DNA from: a virus
IMG/VR virus record: IMGVR_UViG_3300028591_000173
Coordinates: 4,799-68,798 of that record
DNA: 64,000 bases
Direction: 5' to 3' (one strand)
Below, piece after piece: positions 47,507 to 56,590 of this stretch. Under the pieces are notes generated by a model that was given only the letters and a program-made list of their open reading frames with translations, did no database searches and had not been told where the DNA came from. Numbering within the stretch: the first letter of the stretch is position 1; each line of letters starts with the position of its first letter. The position numbers and the translations under genes are program-made.

Positions 47507-47880
47507 ACAAGAAAGAGAAAGCGTTGCTTGACAAGGCAATTCCCTACGACTACAGAAACCCGAAGCCGATGAAGATCTTCTATCTCCTCAACACCCACAG
47601 GCGATACAGGGGGTTCTGGGGCAAGAACGGATACAACAACGTCATCGTGATCGGCACGTACTGGGAAGAGGGCATGGAAGACGAGGTCTTCTACAGGTTC
47701 GACGACTGCAAGGAAAGGGACCTGGTGGAGGTCTTCGTCCAAAAGCATATGTCCGTCGTCAAGCTCGACATCGACGGCAAGTACGACACCATGCGGCTCT
47801 GCCTCGACGAGAGGGTCTTCGTCCCTGAGTACAACCTATCGAACTTCGTCATCCATACGAACGGGGAGGATGGGAAATGA
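47503..47880 (+). CDS. hypothetical protein
   Basis: ORF. Confidence 0.5.
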   Translation: MNKKEKALLDKAIPYDYRNPKPMKIFYLLNTHRRYRGFWGKNGYNNVIVIGTYWEEGMEDEVFYRFDDCKERDLVEVFVQKHMSVVKLDIDGKYDTMRLCLDERVFVPEYNLSNFVIHTNGEDGK

Positions 47881-48077
47881 AGGCAAGCGTATGCAGGAAT
47901 TGCGAGCATTGCAAAAAGCGTTGCTGGGTGCAAAGATACAAGCCTGTTGGGTATCACGCCATCGGCATGGCTCACGCTTACGGGTATTGCTCCGCGCACG
48001 AAAAACGCTGCTCAGAGATAAGCGAATGCGCTGATTTCGAGCAAAAAATACTTTTGATGAATGGAAAGGAGTTATAA
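47877..48077 (+). CDS. Cys-rich small protein
   Basis: 66 aa, CxxCxxC. Confidence 0.5.
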   Translation: MKASVCRNCEHCKKRCWVQRYKPVGYHAIGMAHAYGYCSAHEKRCSEISECADFEQKILLMNGKEL

Positions 48078-48079
48078 AG

Positions 48080-49042
48080 ATGAAGAAAGAATACTTTGAG
48101 AAGATCATCGCCTCCATATGCGACTGCGGCATCAGCAGCGAGAAAATCGAGGAAGCGTTGGTCGACGTCATCCAGCTGGCCGAGAAGAACGGGGACAGGG
48201 AAGTCGCCGAAATCGTCCGCAAGAGAAAGGAGAGCTCCGGCAGGTGCTTCTCCTATGAGGTGACGAGGAAAGACGACTATGGCGGCTATCAGTTCATGCG
48301 CCTCGAGCAGAAGCCCAGCAAACCGCTCATCCTTCCTTTTGGCATCAAGAACGACATCAACAACGCGATAAAAGGCATCAAGAAGAAAGTCGGGATCAAC
48401 CGCGTCATCTTGATCGGAAAACCAGGGACAGGGAAGACAGAAGCGGCGCATCTCTTGGCGGAAAGGCTTGACGCCCACTTCTTCACCATCAACTGCGTCC
48501 AGCTCATCGATTCCAAACTGGGGGAAACGCCCAAGAACATTGTCAAGGTTTTCGAGACCATCAGCCATGCCGACAGACCTACATTGTTCTTCTTCGACGA
48601 GGTGGACAGCATAATCAACAACCGAACCAACTCAAAAGACGTGGAAGAAATGGCCAGAACCGTCACCGCGTTCATGAGAGGGCTTGACCTCACGGAAGAC
48701 AACCCAAACGCAGTCGTCGTGTGCGCCACCAACCTGAACAAGAAACTAGACCAAGCATTGCTTCGCAGGTTCGACATCGAGATAGACATAAGCGACTACG
48801 ACGGAGAGACCTTGGACCGCATCGCCGCCCACTACGTCGATGGCTATTACGGCCCCGGCGCTTACGAAAACGGGGACACGAAAGCGATCAAGGATTACTT
48901 GCGGGAATCCCAGAAGACGATAACCCCCGCCGACATCAGGCTGGCCGCCAAAAGGGCATACGCGTTCGGCTCGGGCGACAGGTTCGACAAATGGTTGCTA
49001 TTGAAGGAGCTCAGAAAAGAGGCGGAAAGGAAAAACCGATGA
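48080..49042 (+). CDS. AAA+ ATPase (classic clade: Walker A GKPGTGKT, Walker B LFFFDEVD, Arg finger ALLRRFD)
   Basis: 320-aa ORF. Confidence 0.75.
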   Translation: MKKEYFEKIIASICDCGISSEKIEEALVDVIQLAEKNGDREVAEIVRKRKESSGRCFSYEVTRKDDYGGYQFMRLEQKPSKPLILPFGIKNDINNAIKGIKKKVGINRVILIGKPGTGKTEAAHLLAERLDAHFFTINCVQLIDSKLGETPKNIVKVFETISHADRPTLFFFDEVDSIINNRTNSKDVEEMARTVTAFMRGLDLTEDNPNAVVVCATNLNKKLDQALLRRFDIEIDISDYDGETLDRIAAHYVDGYYGPGAYENGDTKAIKDYLRESQKTITPADIRLAAKRAYAFGSGDRFDKWLLLKELRKEAERKNR

Positions 49043-49227
49043 GGCAAAGCACGATCTTAACCAGCGAGAAGATAATCGTGAACGGAGTCGAGCTGCCACC
49101 CCTCCCGAACGGCGCGGGATTCACGAACTGCTCCGTCGTGGACAACAGGGTCTTCGTCAACGGCTATGAGCTCAGGAACGGGAAGTGGAAGAAGACGCTC
49201 AGGGCATTGTGGCATAAGCTGTTCTAG
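49039..49227 (+). CDS. small hypothetical protein
   Basis: internal ATG of ORF 48721. Confidence 0.4.
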   Translation: MRQSTILTSEKIIVNGVELPPLPNGAGFTNCSVVDNRVFVNGYELRNGKWKKTLRALWHKLF

Positions 49228-49259
49228 CCCGAAAAACATAAAGAAGTAAAAAAAATTTC

Positions 49260-49289
49260 TTGACCTTTTCATATTTTACATACTAAAAT
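49260..49289 (+). promoter_or_regulatory. sigma70-like promoter TTGACC-N18-TAAAAT
   Basis: hexamers 49260-49265 / 49284-49289. Confidence 0.55.
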
Positions 49290-49319
49290 GTGTACACATA
49301 GAAAAGGGAGGATCCTCAT

Positions 49320-49574
49320 ATGAGAAGAATCACACTGACCGACGGGCAGGCCGAATTGCTCGAAAAGCTCCTCGAACGCGAGATGGACGAGGAATGGCTC
49401 TACCAGATGGACGGATTCAGGGACCCGGCGCACTACAAAGACGTGCTCGGCCTCTACAAAGCCATCCAGCCAAAGCCAAGGAACCTAATCGACGCCCTGA
49501 CCATCGAAGGGCTGACGTCCGATAGGGACAGGGATCTCGCCGAGATCGTCGGAGGGCAGGCCAAATGTTCGTGA
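49320..49574 (+). CDS. hypothetical protein
   Basis: SD aagggagg. Confidence 0.5.
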   Translation: MRRITLTDGQAELLEKLLEREMDEEWLYQMDGFRDPAHYKDVLGLYKAIQPKPRNLIDALTIEGLTSDRDRDLAEIVGGQAKCS

Positions 49575-49714
49575 TAAAAAGCAAAATCGACTACCAGGAA
49601 TACGGCGGATTCGCCACAAAGAAAGAGGCCCGGGCCCGCATACGCGAGCTAAAGAGGTTCGACCGCGAGCAGGGCAACCCCTTCGACGAGGGGTACTTCA
49701 TCGAGGAGGAATGA
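49565..49714 (+). CDS. 49-aa hypothetical protein not in ORF track
   Basis: ATG 49565, fills the gap to 49716. Confidence 0.3.
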   Translation: MFVIKSKIDYQEYGGFATKKEARARIRELKRFDREQGNPFDEGYFIEEE

Positions 49715-49715
49715 G

Positions 49716-49922
49716 ATGAGCCTGAAAGGCATCATGCTGGCCGACGCGATGCTCTCGCTGATGGCCGGGGGCGACCTGCCCTACAAAGAGAGCCCGTACC
49801 TTGCGGCCCCAGCCGACCGAAGATGGAAGGAAAAGAGGCCGAAGGACGGGAAACCGAAGACTAGAGCCGTCTATTACTACGACGAGAAAGGCAACCTGAG
49901 AAGGAAGAAGGAGAAGCTATGA
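49716..49922 (+). CDS. hypothetical protein
   Basis: ORF. Confidence 0.45.
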   Translation: MSLKGIMLADAMLSLMAGGDLPYKESPYLAAPADRRWKEKRPKDGKPKTRAVYYYDEKGNLRRKKEKL

Positions 49923-50293
49923 GATACATCAGAACCGAAAACGGAAAAATCTACGATACCATAGAAGATAAAAGAATAAGGCTTGGACGCAATGATGAGA
50001 CACACGAAATTACCTTCTACCTTTGTGGGGTGAGCGCGTTTTCACCCCATGTTGTCCTAGACGTTATCGACCAAGCCGACACAGTCGACGAGCTCTGCGA
50101 CTGCTACCTCGAGGACTGCGGAAGAGGCGTACCGGCCATAATCACAAAGACGATGTGGGTGGATTTCCACATGGAAAAAGCCTTTAGAGGAGAGACCGCA
50201 TTCTACGCCTGCATAGTCAAGAGAGACGAAAAAGGCACCCATATAAACCCGGTCGCCAAGCTCAACGAAAAGATGGGGTGGGACCTATTATGA
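49919..50293 (+). CDS. paralog family B member (VDELCDCY ... NEKMGWDLL)
   Basis: ORF. Confidence 0.5.
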   Translation: MRYIRTENGKIYDTIEDKRIRLGRNDETHEITFYLCGVSAFSPHVVLDVIDQADTVDELCDCYLEDCGRGVPAIITKTMWVDFHMEKAFRGETAFYACIVKRDEKGTHINPVAKLNEKMGWDLL

Positions 50294-50481
50294 GCAAAGG
50301 CACCAAGGTCTGGTACAGATGGCCGAACGGGCAGATGCAGCGCGTCTACATCTACGAGGACTTCCATATAAAAGGCGAGATATGCCACCGGGGTTCCAGC
50401 GGGCATAGGAGCTTCGTGCTCAAAGACGGCGAGTACGGGAAAAACTGGGCATACACCAAGAAGGATTTCAGGGAGGAATGA
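50290..50481 (+). CDS. small protein with degenerate family A tail (EYGKNWAYTKKDFREE)
   Basis: internal ATG. Confidence 0.45.
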   Translation: MSKGTKVWYRWPNGQMQRVYIYEDFHIKGEICHRGSSGHRSFVLKDGEYGKNWAYTKKDFREE

Positions 50482-50483
50482 GG

Positions 50484-50891
50484 ATGATCGACGGAAAGAA
50501 GGCATTCATAGCGCTAGGCACATGCGTGCTGGCCAAATCCAAGAAATACAACGACGACTCGGCCCGCATCAGACCAAAGGGCGAGGAACGCGATTACTCC
50601 CCCAAAGAGCTGGCGGGGATCGTTCTCGAGGACCTTGAGAGAGGCGAGGGCAACGACAAGATCGGCATAAGCCTCACCAAAGCGGCCAAAGCCATCGACG
50701 CAGGATATATCTGGTTCAAGGAAGAGGGTCGCGAGCCGGAAGAGGCAGAGGTTCTGAGCCTCCTTCGCGGCACTCTCTTCTCGAAGGGCTGGCGCATAGA
50801 GTGCTGCGACATCGACTTCAAGCTGCGCGCGTTTCCCCTTAACGAATACGGCAAGACATGGGCCCTTACGAAGAAGGAGCTGGAGAGATGA
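50484..50891 (+). CDS. paralog family A member (C-terminal EYGKTWALTKKELER)
   Basis: SD ggagg. Confidence 0.5.
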   Translation: MIDGKKAFIALGTCVLAKSKKYNDDSARIRPKGEERDYSPKELAGIVLEDLERGEGNDKIGISLTKAAKAIDAGYIWFKEEGREPEEAEVLSLLRGTLFSKGWRIECCDIDFKLRAFPLNEYGKTWALTKKELER

Positions 50892-51403
50892 GCGAGATAA
50901 AGATAAAAAACAGCCGAGGCCTCATGAGAAGGGTCTACGGCCTCAGCCCCTCGGTCGAGGAGGCCATCGAGAGATTCGCCTCCACAAGCGAGGAGAACCG
51001 CCTCACCATAGAGGAAGCCAAAAGGCTCATCAAAGGGCAGGGCTACGTCAGGACCAAAAGCAGGATCTACAGGCTGGCCAGCCTCAAAGACGGGAAAGCC
51101 CTCGTCTGGAAAGGCTACGAGCTTGTCTGCATCAAAGAGAGCAGCATCCTCAGGAAGGCGGCTTCCATCGAGGAATTGTGCGATGAGTTCGTCCTTTATG
51201 ACCCCTATCCCGACCAACACGAATATTTGGTCAAAATATCAAAGATAAACGGTAAGGTCTATTATGAGTTCCTGACCGGGACGAACAAGAACAGATTCGA
51301 CTGGCAAAGCGGCAGGGAGAGGATCTACGGCGCGATCTGGACCGAAAAGGGCCTCATCTACGTCGCCGCGCTCACCGAGAAAGGAGGCTTCGAGCCGCTA
51401 TGA
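50888..51403 (+). CDS. paralog family B member (SIEELCDEF ... TEKGGFEPL)
   Basis: internal ATG of ORF 50858. Confidence 0.55.
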   Translation: MSEIKIKNSRGLMRRVYGLSPSVEEAIERFASTSEENRLTIEEAKRLIKGQGYVRTKSRIYRLASLKDGKALVWKGYELVCIKESSILRKAASIEELCDEFVLYDPYPDQHEYLVKISKINGKVYYEFLTGTNKNRFDWQSGRERIYGAIWTEKGLIYVAALTEKGGFEPL

Positions 51404-51729
51404 AAGAAGAGATGGAATACGTCCACCACCCGTTGGAGCAGGCTGTGCACAGCCTCGCCTGCCTGGCCACCCCCATCACCAGGATGCCGGGCCTCGTGGA
51501 CAACCTATACAAAGACGCCGAAGAGCAGATCGGGGCGCTCATGAAAGAGCACAAAGCCCTTGGGATCATCAAGAAACACGCAAGAGATATAAAACACTTC
51601 AAATACCTTCTCTACATGGCCAAATATTGGGAGGAGAACGAAATCGAGGTGACGGAAGAGCTTCTATACAATTACGATTTCCCGTATACCGTCGACGAGT
51701 TCAACCTCCTGAAGGAGGAACTGAAATAA
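51400..51729 (+). CDS. hypothetical protein
   Basis: ORF. Confidence 0.5.
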   Translation: MKEEMEYVHHPLEQAVHSLACLATPITRMPGLVDNLYKDAEEQIGALMKEHKALGIIKKHARDIKHFKYLLYMAKYWEENEIEVTEELLYNYDFPYTVDEFNLLKEELK

Positions 51730-51980
51730 TGCCGATAAAACACTGGGCCTTGGGGAGCGCCCGCAGCAAAACCCCCATGCGAATGAGCATCACCATGTCC
51801 AAGCAGACCGACCTGATGGAAAAGGTCGCGGCCAAGCTGGCCGAGGCAGGCATGGAGATCGCCAGGGAAACCCCGGACACGCAGTTTTTCGTCCTGAAAG
51901 ACGAGAACGAGCCGCATATGTGCGTGTCGGCCACGCTTAGGATCATCATCAAGCCAAGGAAGGAGTACATCACGAGATGA
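51729..51980 (+). CDS. hypothetical protein
   Basis: internal ATG of ORF 51627. Confidence 0.45.
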   Translation: MPIKHWALGSARSKTPMRMSITMSKQTDLMEKVAAKLAEAGMEIARETPDTQFFVLKDENEPHMCVSATLRIIIKPRKEYITR

Positions 51981-52330
51981 GAGAAAGAATAACCGAGAAA
52001 ACGAACGGCCATTGGTCTTACAACATAGACCAGGATTTCAGCGAAGACGACGCCGGCGGCTATGGCATCAACTTCGGCTCCCACACGCTGGAGAGCGCGG
52101 TCGAGAAACTTGGCAAGCTGGAGGACTTCGAGGATAAGTTCGACTTCCCCCTCGAAATCCTGCTGAAGGCTTTGACGGAAGGCATCTACGACAAGCGAAG
52201 ATACTACATCGGAAGCTGCATCAGCCTAAGCAACGGGAACATCGGATTATACATCGGCGACCTGGACAGGCTGTTCCTATTCAAGGATTACGGCGAAACC
52301 TGGGCCGCAACAAAGGAGGAACTGGAATGA
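51977..52330 (+). CDS. paralog family A member (C-terminal DYGETWAATKEELE)
   Basis: ORF. Confidence 0.5.
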   Translation: MRERITEKTNGHWSYNIDQDFSEDDAGGYGINFGSHTLESAVEKLGKLEDFEDKFDFPLEILLKALTEGIYDKRRYYIGSCISLSNGNIGLYIGDLDRLFLFKDYGETWAATKEELE

Positions 52331-52515
52331 GAAACGGGCGATTCATGGACGTCACCGAGGCCTACGACGAGATGCTGAACGCGTTCGGAAGGCTCAGGAA
52401 GAACAGCGACCTCGCGATCATGTGCGTGGACGGCAGGTTCGTCCTGGTCAACACCAAAGGCAACAGATTCAGCGTCGTCAAAGAGCTCAAGAAGGTGGGG
52501 GAATGCCACCTATGA
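52327..52515 (+). CDS. small hypothetical protein
   Basis: ORF. Confidence 0.45.
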   Translation: MRNGRFMDVTEAYDEMLNAFGRLRKNSDLAIMCVDGRFVLVNTKGNRFSVVKELKKVGECHL

Positions 52516-52721
52516 GCCTGTGGGAGGAGTTCGAGCTCTCCGAGGACAGGGCCAAGGAGCTCAGGCTCGACGGGCTCAATGAGCCGACCGAGAAAGACTG
52601 CCTCTTCCTGATGTGCTTCATGACCTTCGGCGGGATATGCAGCGAGGAAGAGGTGAGGAAGATAGCCGACATAGCGTACGGCGCGTACGAAAGGAAACGC
52701 CATAAGGAGGAAACGAGATGA
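52512..52721 (+). CDS. small hypothetical protein
   Basis: internal ATG of ORF 52422. Confidence 0.45.
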   Translation: MSLWEEFELSEDRAKELRLDGLNEPTEKDCLFLMCFMTFGGICSEEEVRKIADIAYGAYERKRHKEETR

Positions 52722-52972
52722 GAATCGAGACGAAATTCAATTTAGGCGACAAGTTATACTTCGTCAGGGAGAACAGAATCAACGAAGGAACCGTCAGCGG
52801 GATCGAGATAGACGTCGGCAAAACGAACAAGAAGAAAATCGTGACGGACCTCTCATACCGCGTCTGGAACGGCTCTTCCATGACGATGATCTCCGAGTCA
52901 AGGGCCTTCGCCACGATCGACGAGCTCACAGCGAGCCTCGTCGGCGAGTACAGAAAGGGGGCCAAGCGATGA
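52718..52972 (+). CDS. hypothetical protein
   Basis: ORF. Confidence 0.5.
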   Translation: MRIETKFNLGDKLYFVRENRINEGTVSGIEIDVGKTNKKKIVTDLSYRVWNGSSMTMISESRAFATIDELTASLVGEYRKGAKR

Positions 52973-53337
52973 GCTACAGGCTGGAGAAGATCATAGCCCC
53001 GGACTGCGTCACCCATGGCAGGCCCCGCAAGAGCTTCGAGGAGGCATACAACGAATACCTTTTCGAGGATACGTGGACATCCTCGGCGACCGTCTACCTC
53101 CAAGAGAAGAGGGACGGGGAATGGGTCACCCTCTCAAAGCCCGAGATAGCGAGGCTCTGCCGCAAGGTCAGCGAGCGCGGCGAGATCTCCATCGCCACCG
53201 CCGGCTACACCTACACATTCAGGCTGCCGAAGAAGGTCGAGGTCCCGAGCGACCTCGGCGGGTGGCAGGCCCTCGCATACGTCCTCCTGTCCCTCCTATG
53301 CGACAAGATGGAAACCGAGCCAAGGGAGGGGTTCTGA
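52969..53337 (+). CDS. hypothetical protein
   Basis: ORF. Confidence 0.5.
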   Translation: MSYRLEKIIAPDCVTHGRPRKSFEEAYNEYLFEDTWTSSATVYLQEKRDGEWVTLSKPEIARLCRKVSERGEISIATAGYTYTFRLPKKVEVPSDLGGWQALAYVLLSLLCDKMETEPREGF

Positions 53338-53339
53338 CG

Positions 53340-53636
53340 ATGAGATACGCGAGGATGAGGGACGGCTCGATCATTGAGAGGAAAGCCGGGAACTACGCCA
53401 TCCCAAACCCAGAGGATATCGTCAGGGAATCCGACGACCTGGAGAGCCTCTTCGACGGGATCATATTCAAGGACACCTGCGCGAACAGGCTCCGCTTCGT
53501 CGACATAAACGCCGCGTGGGACATCCTCGGGGCCGCCCTGTTCAAAGAGACCGTAAGGGGATACGTCGAGACCGAGGAGGGCCTCAGGTACGCCGCGAGG
53601 CTCAGCCCAAGCGGGGAAGGGTGGGAGCTGCTATGA
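53340..53636 (+). CDS. family B-like small protein (MRYARMRDG ... GEGWELL)
   Basis: SD gggagggg. Confidence 0.5.
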   Translation: MRYARMRDGSIIERKAGNYAIPNPEDIVRESDDLESLFDGIIFKDTCANRLRFVDINAAWDILGAALFKETVRGYVETEEGLRYAARLSPSGEGWELL

Positions 53637-54373
53637 GGCGCATAATGCTGGCGATGAGCCCGGAACGGGCCAAGCTCGCCCTTGAGGGGAGGCTGAAGGA
53701 CGAGATCCGCAAGACATTCCCGAAATGCGAATTGCCCTGCGAGGTGTTCATATACGTGACGAAGGGGGAGGACATCCTCATCGCGTATGAGGACTATGAC
53801 TACGATAGTATGAGTTACTATAGCCCTGAATACGCACTCATACCGAAAACCCTCTTCGCCAAGAAACCCAGCAAAGACGATGAGGATTACAGCCTCTACG
53901 AAAGCGAGCGCGATGCCTACAGATACTACAAGAACGATTTTGACAAGACGCAGCACGACCATGAGTGGAAGCTCAACGGCAAAGTGGTTGCCAAGTTCAC
54001 CTTAAACAAAGTCGGTGAAATACATAACTTCCCATATGGGTACGAAATGTTTGTGAGCAATGCAGACATTAGAAGAGAAGGAGAAATTTGCCAAAAAGCC
54101 TGCCTAACAAGCGACGAACTTAGAGAATATCTTCCTTGTGACAAAGAAAGATATGGCTACGCTTGGCATATCGACAACCTTGTGATCTTCGACGAGCCGA
54201 AAGAGCTGAAAGACTTCGTCGGATTCGGCACCCCGACATACGAGCAGACCAGATCGCTCGTCGAGCTGTCCGGCAAGCCTTATTCCAAAGAGACCTACAG
54301 AGAGCATTGCGAGCGTTTCGGATACACTCTCAAGAGACCGCCTCAGTCGTGGCAGTACGTGGAGGAGATATAG
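53633..54373 (+). CDS. hypothetical protein, possible ASCH-like N-terminus; contains a low-GC internal segment
   Basis: internal ATG of ORF 53516. Confidence 0.5.
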   Translation: MRRIMLAMSPERAKLALEGRLKDEIRKTFPKCELPCEVFIYVTKGEDILIAYEDYDYDSMSYYSPEYALIPKTLFAKKPSKDDEDYSLYESERDAYRYYKNDFDKTQHDHEWKLNGKVVAKFTLNKVGEIHNFPYGYEMFVSNADIRREGEICQKACLTSDELREYLPCDKERYGYAWHIDNLVIFDEPKELKDFVGFGTPTYEQTRSLVELSGKPYSKETYREHCERFGYTLKRPPQSWQYVEEI

Positions 54374-54374
54374 C

Positions 54375-54842
54375 ATGGGGACATACACATACCTGAGATT
54401 CTCCGGCCAGCTCAAAAGGGAGCACGCCAAGGAGATAAAGAAACTGTTCGACATGGGCCAACCGACCGTCGTGGATTCCGAGGGCAAGAACGAGTGGGAG
54501 CTCTTCGCCGAGAGGCACGATTTCGCGAAGCATCTCGCGAGCCTCCCCCGCGCGACCCAGATCCCGTTCGGGGCGATAACCGCGTACAACAGGGACAAGG
54601 CCGGGACCGACGACGCGTTCAGCAACGTGTTCTTCGGGGACGATGAGCAAGCCTGGGCGTTCCAATGCGACCTCAAGGACTACGACGGGGAGATCGAGGC
54701 GTTCCTGACCGAGGTCGCCCCGGAGATATGCGAGAGGTTCGTGGCCGAGGAGTGGCTCGAGGAATGCGATTTCCCGATAGTGCATGCGTACAACCTCGGG
54801 GGATACCTCAACGAGATAAAACGGAAAGGAGCCAAACCATGA
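54375..54842 (+). CDS. hypothetical protein
   Basis: ORF. Confidence 0.5.
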   Translation: MGTYTYLRFSGQLKREHAKEIKKLFDMGQPTVVDSEGKNEWELFAERHDFAKHLASLPRATQIPFGAITAYNRDKAGTDDAFSNVFFGDDEQAWAFQCDLKDYDGEIEAFLTEVAPEICERFVAEEWLEECDFPIVHAYNLGGYLNEIKRKGAKP

Positions 54843-55129
54843 CCGAAGAGGAATACCTGAGGCAACGCGAAGCCAGGATCGAGGGGATAAAGGAAAGATT
54901 CCCGTTCGTCCGCTCGATATGCATCGACGGGGACCCGTATATCGTGACCGCCTGGTTCATATTCGGCGGGAAGTGCCACTACGGCTCGCTCGAGCAGCTT
55001 GAGGGATACTGCGCCGAATGCAGGGACGCGCTCATGAGGGCGCTGTTCCCGGAGGCCGACGGGCATCGCGATGAGATCGTCGTGGCCCCGCTTGCCGAGA
55101 CAGACAGAAAGGAAAAACGAAAACCATGA
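54839..55129 (+). CDS. hypothetical protein
   Basis: internal ATG of ORF 54665. Confidence 0.5.
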   Translation: MTEEEYLRQREARIEGIKERFPFVRSICIDGDPYIVTAWFIFGGKCHYGSLEQLEGYCAECRDALMRALFPEADGHRDEIVVAPLAETDRKEKRKP

Positions 55130-55332
55130 AAGACATAGCCATAGAGAGAACCGCGCCGACCGGGCTGGCCGACACCGTCAGATGCAAGGTCATCGACTTC
55201 GGGCTCGCCGCATGCTGCGGGAGCGCCGCCGTATCGGACCTCCTCAAATACGAGTTCGGCGAGGACTACGCCGACCAGCAAGTCAACCTCATGTCGCCGA
55301 AGGCCGGCACGCTCATCCCCGATCCGGAATAG
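55126..55332 (+). CDS. small hypothetical protein
   Basis: ORF. Confidence 0.45.
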   Translation: MKDIAIERTAPTGLADTVRCKVIDFGLAACCGSAAVSDLLKYEFGEDYADQQVNLMSPKAGTLIPDPE

Positions 55333-55657
55333 GCGCCTTGCCTTAAACCGCGTCGGACCGCCCCATCATACCCTGTTTCGGGCAGGCATATATCATATCT
55401 TAGATAGATATATGCGGACCCCCCGGACGGCCCTTCCCAGAGATTTCCTGTATTTACTAATACCTCATTATAATAATAATAATAATTATTATAATAGAGG
55501 TATTGGTAATCCGGGCGATTTCTTCATTCTTATCTTTTTCCCCTATTGTACGCATAATAGGAAAGCAAGAGACAAAATATTAGTACAATAGGGAAAAAAC
55601 GTAAGATTCAACTTCCCGAAGGGCTGATTTATATATAAATCACTTGAAAAAAAACAA
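55333..55657. repeat. AT-rich non-coding region with nested inverted repeats and an (AAT)5 tract; candidate ori / packaging or regulatory hub
   Basis: CCCTATTGTAC...GTACAATAGGG 11-bp perfect IR; AATACCTCATTATAAT-(AAT)n-ATTATAATAGAGGTATT IR; CATATATCATATCT/AGATAGATATATG IR. Confidence 0.5.
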
Positions 55658-56194
55658 ATGAAACGCCAAACTTATGTTATGGAACCGAGAATGAGATACC
55701 TGAGCTCGACCGAGTCGTTCGAGATGGACGCGCCGGACCCGCTCGACCCGTCCGCATGGATACGCATACGGCTCACCGACCTCGACCTGATCAACCTCAT
55801 CGGGTCGGATTTCGCGTCCAAACCAGAAGGCATCGACGACGACTCGTTCAGGGGCGCCAGGCTGCTCTGGGAGGGGTGGTTCCTCTCGCCGAGGGCGCTC
55901 ACCCTGGCCAAACGCAGGGCCCACCTGAGGAGGCTCGGGCGCGCCGAATCGGCATGGCTCGCGCTCAGACCCAGGAAACGCGCCCCGAAGAAACCCCGTC
56001 AGGCCGACCCGGAGAGGATCGCGTACCTGAGGGAGAACCGCCTCGCGATAGAGGACAGCTGCGCCAGGCATGGATGGATCGACGAGTTCCTCGCCCTCAT
56101 GAGGGACCTCGAGCCGGGCATCCGCAGGGCCGAGGCGATGGGGCGCTGGAAGGAGGCCCGATCACGCGTGGGTGTTGCAAAGGCGCGCCCATAA
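55658..56194 (+). CDS. hypothetical basic protein (start uncertain)
   Basis: 178-aa ORF, no clear SD. Confidence 0.45.
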   Translation: MKRQTYVMEPRMRYLSSTESFEMDAPDPLDPSAWIRIRLTDLDLINLIGSDFASKPEGIDDDSFRGARLLWEGWFLSPRALTLAKRRAHLRRLGRAESAWLALRPRKRAPKKPRQADPERIAYLRENRLAIEDSCARHGWIDEFLALMRDLEPGIRRAEAMGRWKEARSRVGVAKARP

Positions 56195-56227
56195 GCGCTA
56201 TAATCGGGTGAGAAAGCGGAGAACGGC

Positions 56228-56590
56228 ATGGGAAACAGCATCTTGGAATCATATCAGCTCACCGTCGAGAGGTTCGAGGCGGCCATAGCCGTCGGCAGGA
56301 CCAGGCCGCAGATACTCTCCATGTTCCATAAGACCCCGGACGAGATGGACAAGTGGTGCAGGGAGACCTACGGCCACGACTTCAAGACCGTCGAGGAATG
56401 GGTCAGGCAATGCACCATAGACGAATACCTCCATCTCGTGAGGGACCTGGGCATGGGCGGGAACGCCAGCGCCCTGGCCATAATAGACAAGGCGATACAG
56501 AAGGACGAGTCCGCGGGCACCGTCGCGATCAGGTTCGTGGCGAGCGGCGTCAAGCCGACCGGGGACGACGACAAGGAAGACGATGGATAG
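56228..56590 (+). CDS. hypothetical protein (possible small terminase/HTH-like; unproven)
   Basis: SD aagcggagaacgg. Confidence 0.5.
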   Translation: MGNSILESYQLTVERFEAAIAVGRTRPQILSMFHKTPDEMDKWCRETYGHDFKTVEEWVRQCTIDEYLHLVRDLGMGGNASALAIIDKAIQKDESAGTVAIRFVASGVKPTGDDDKEDDG

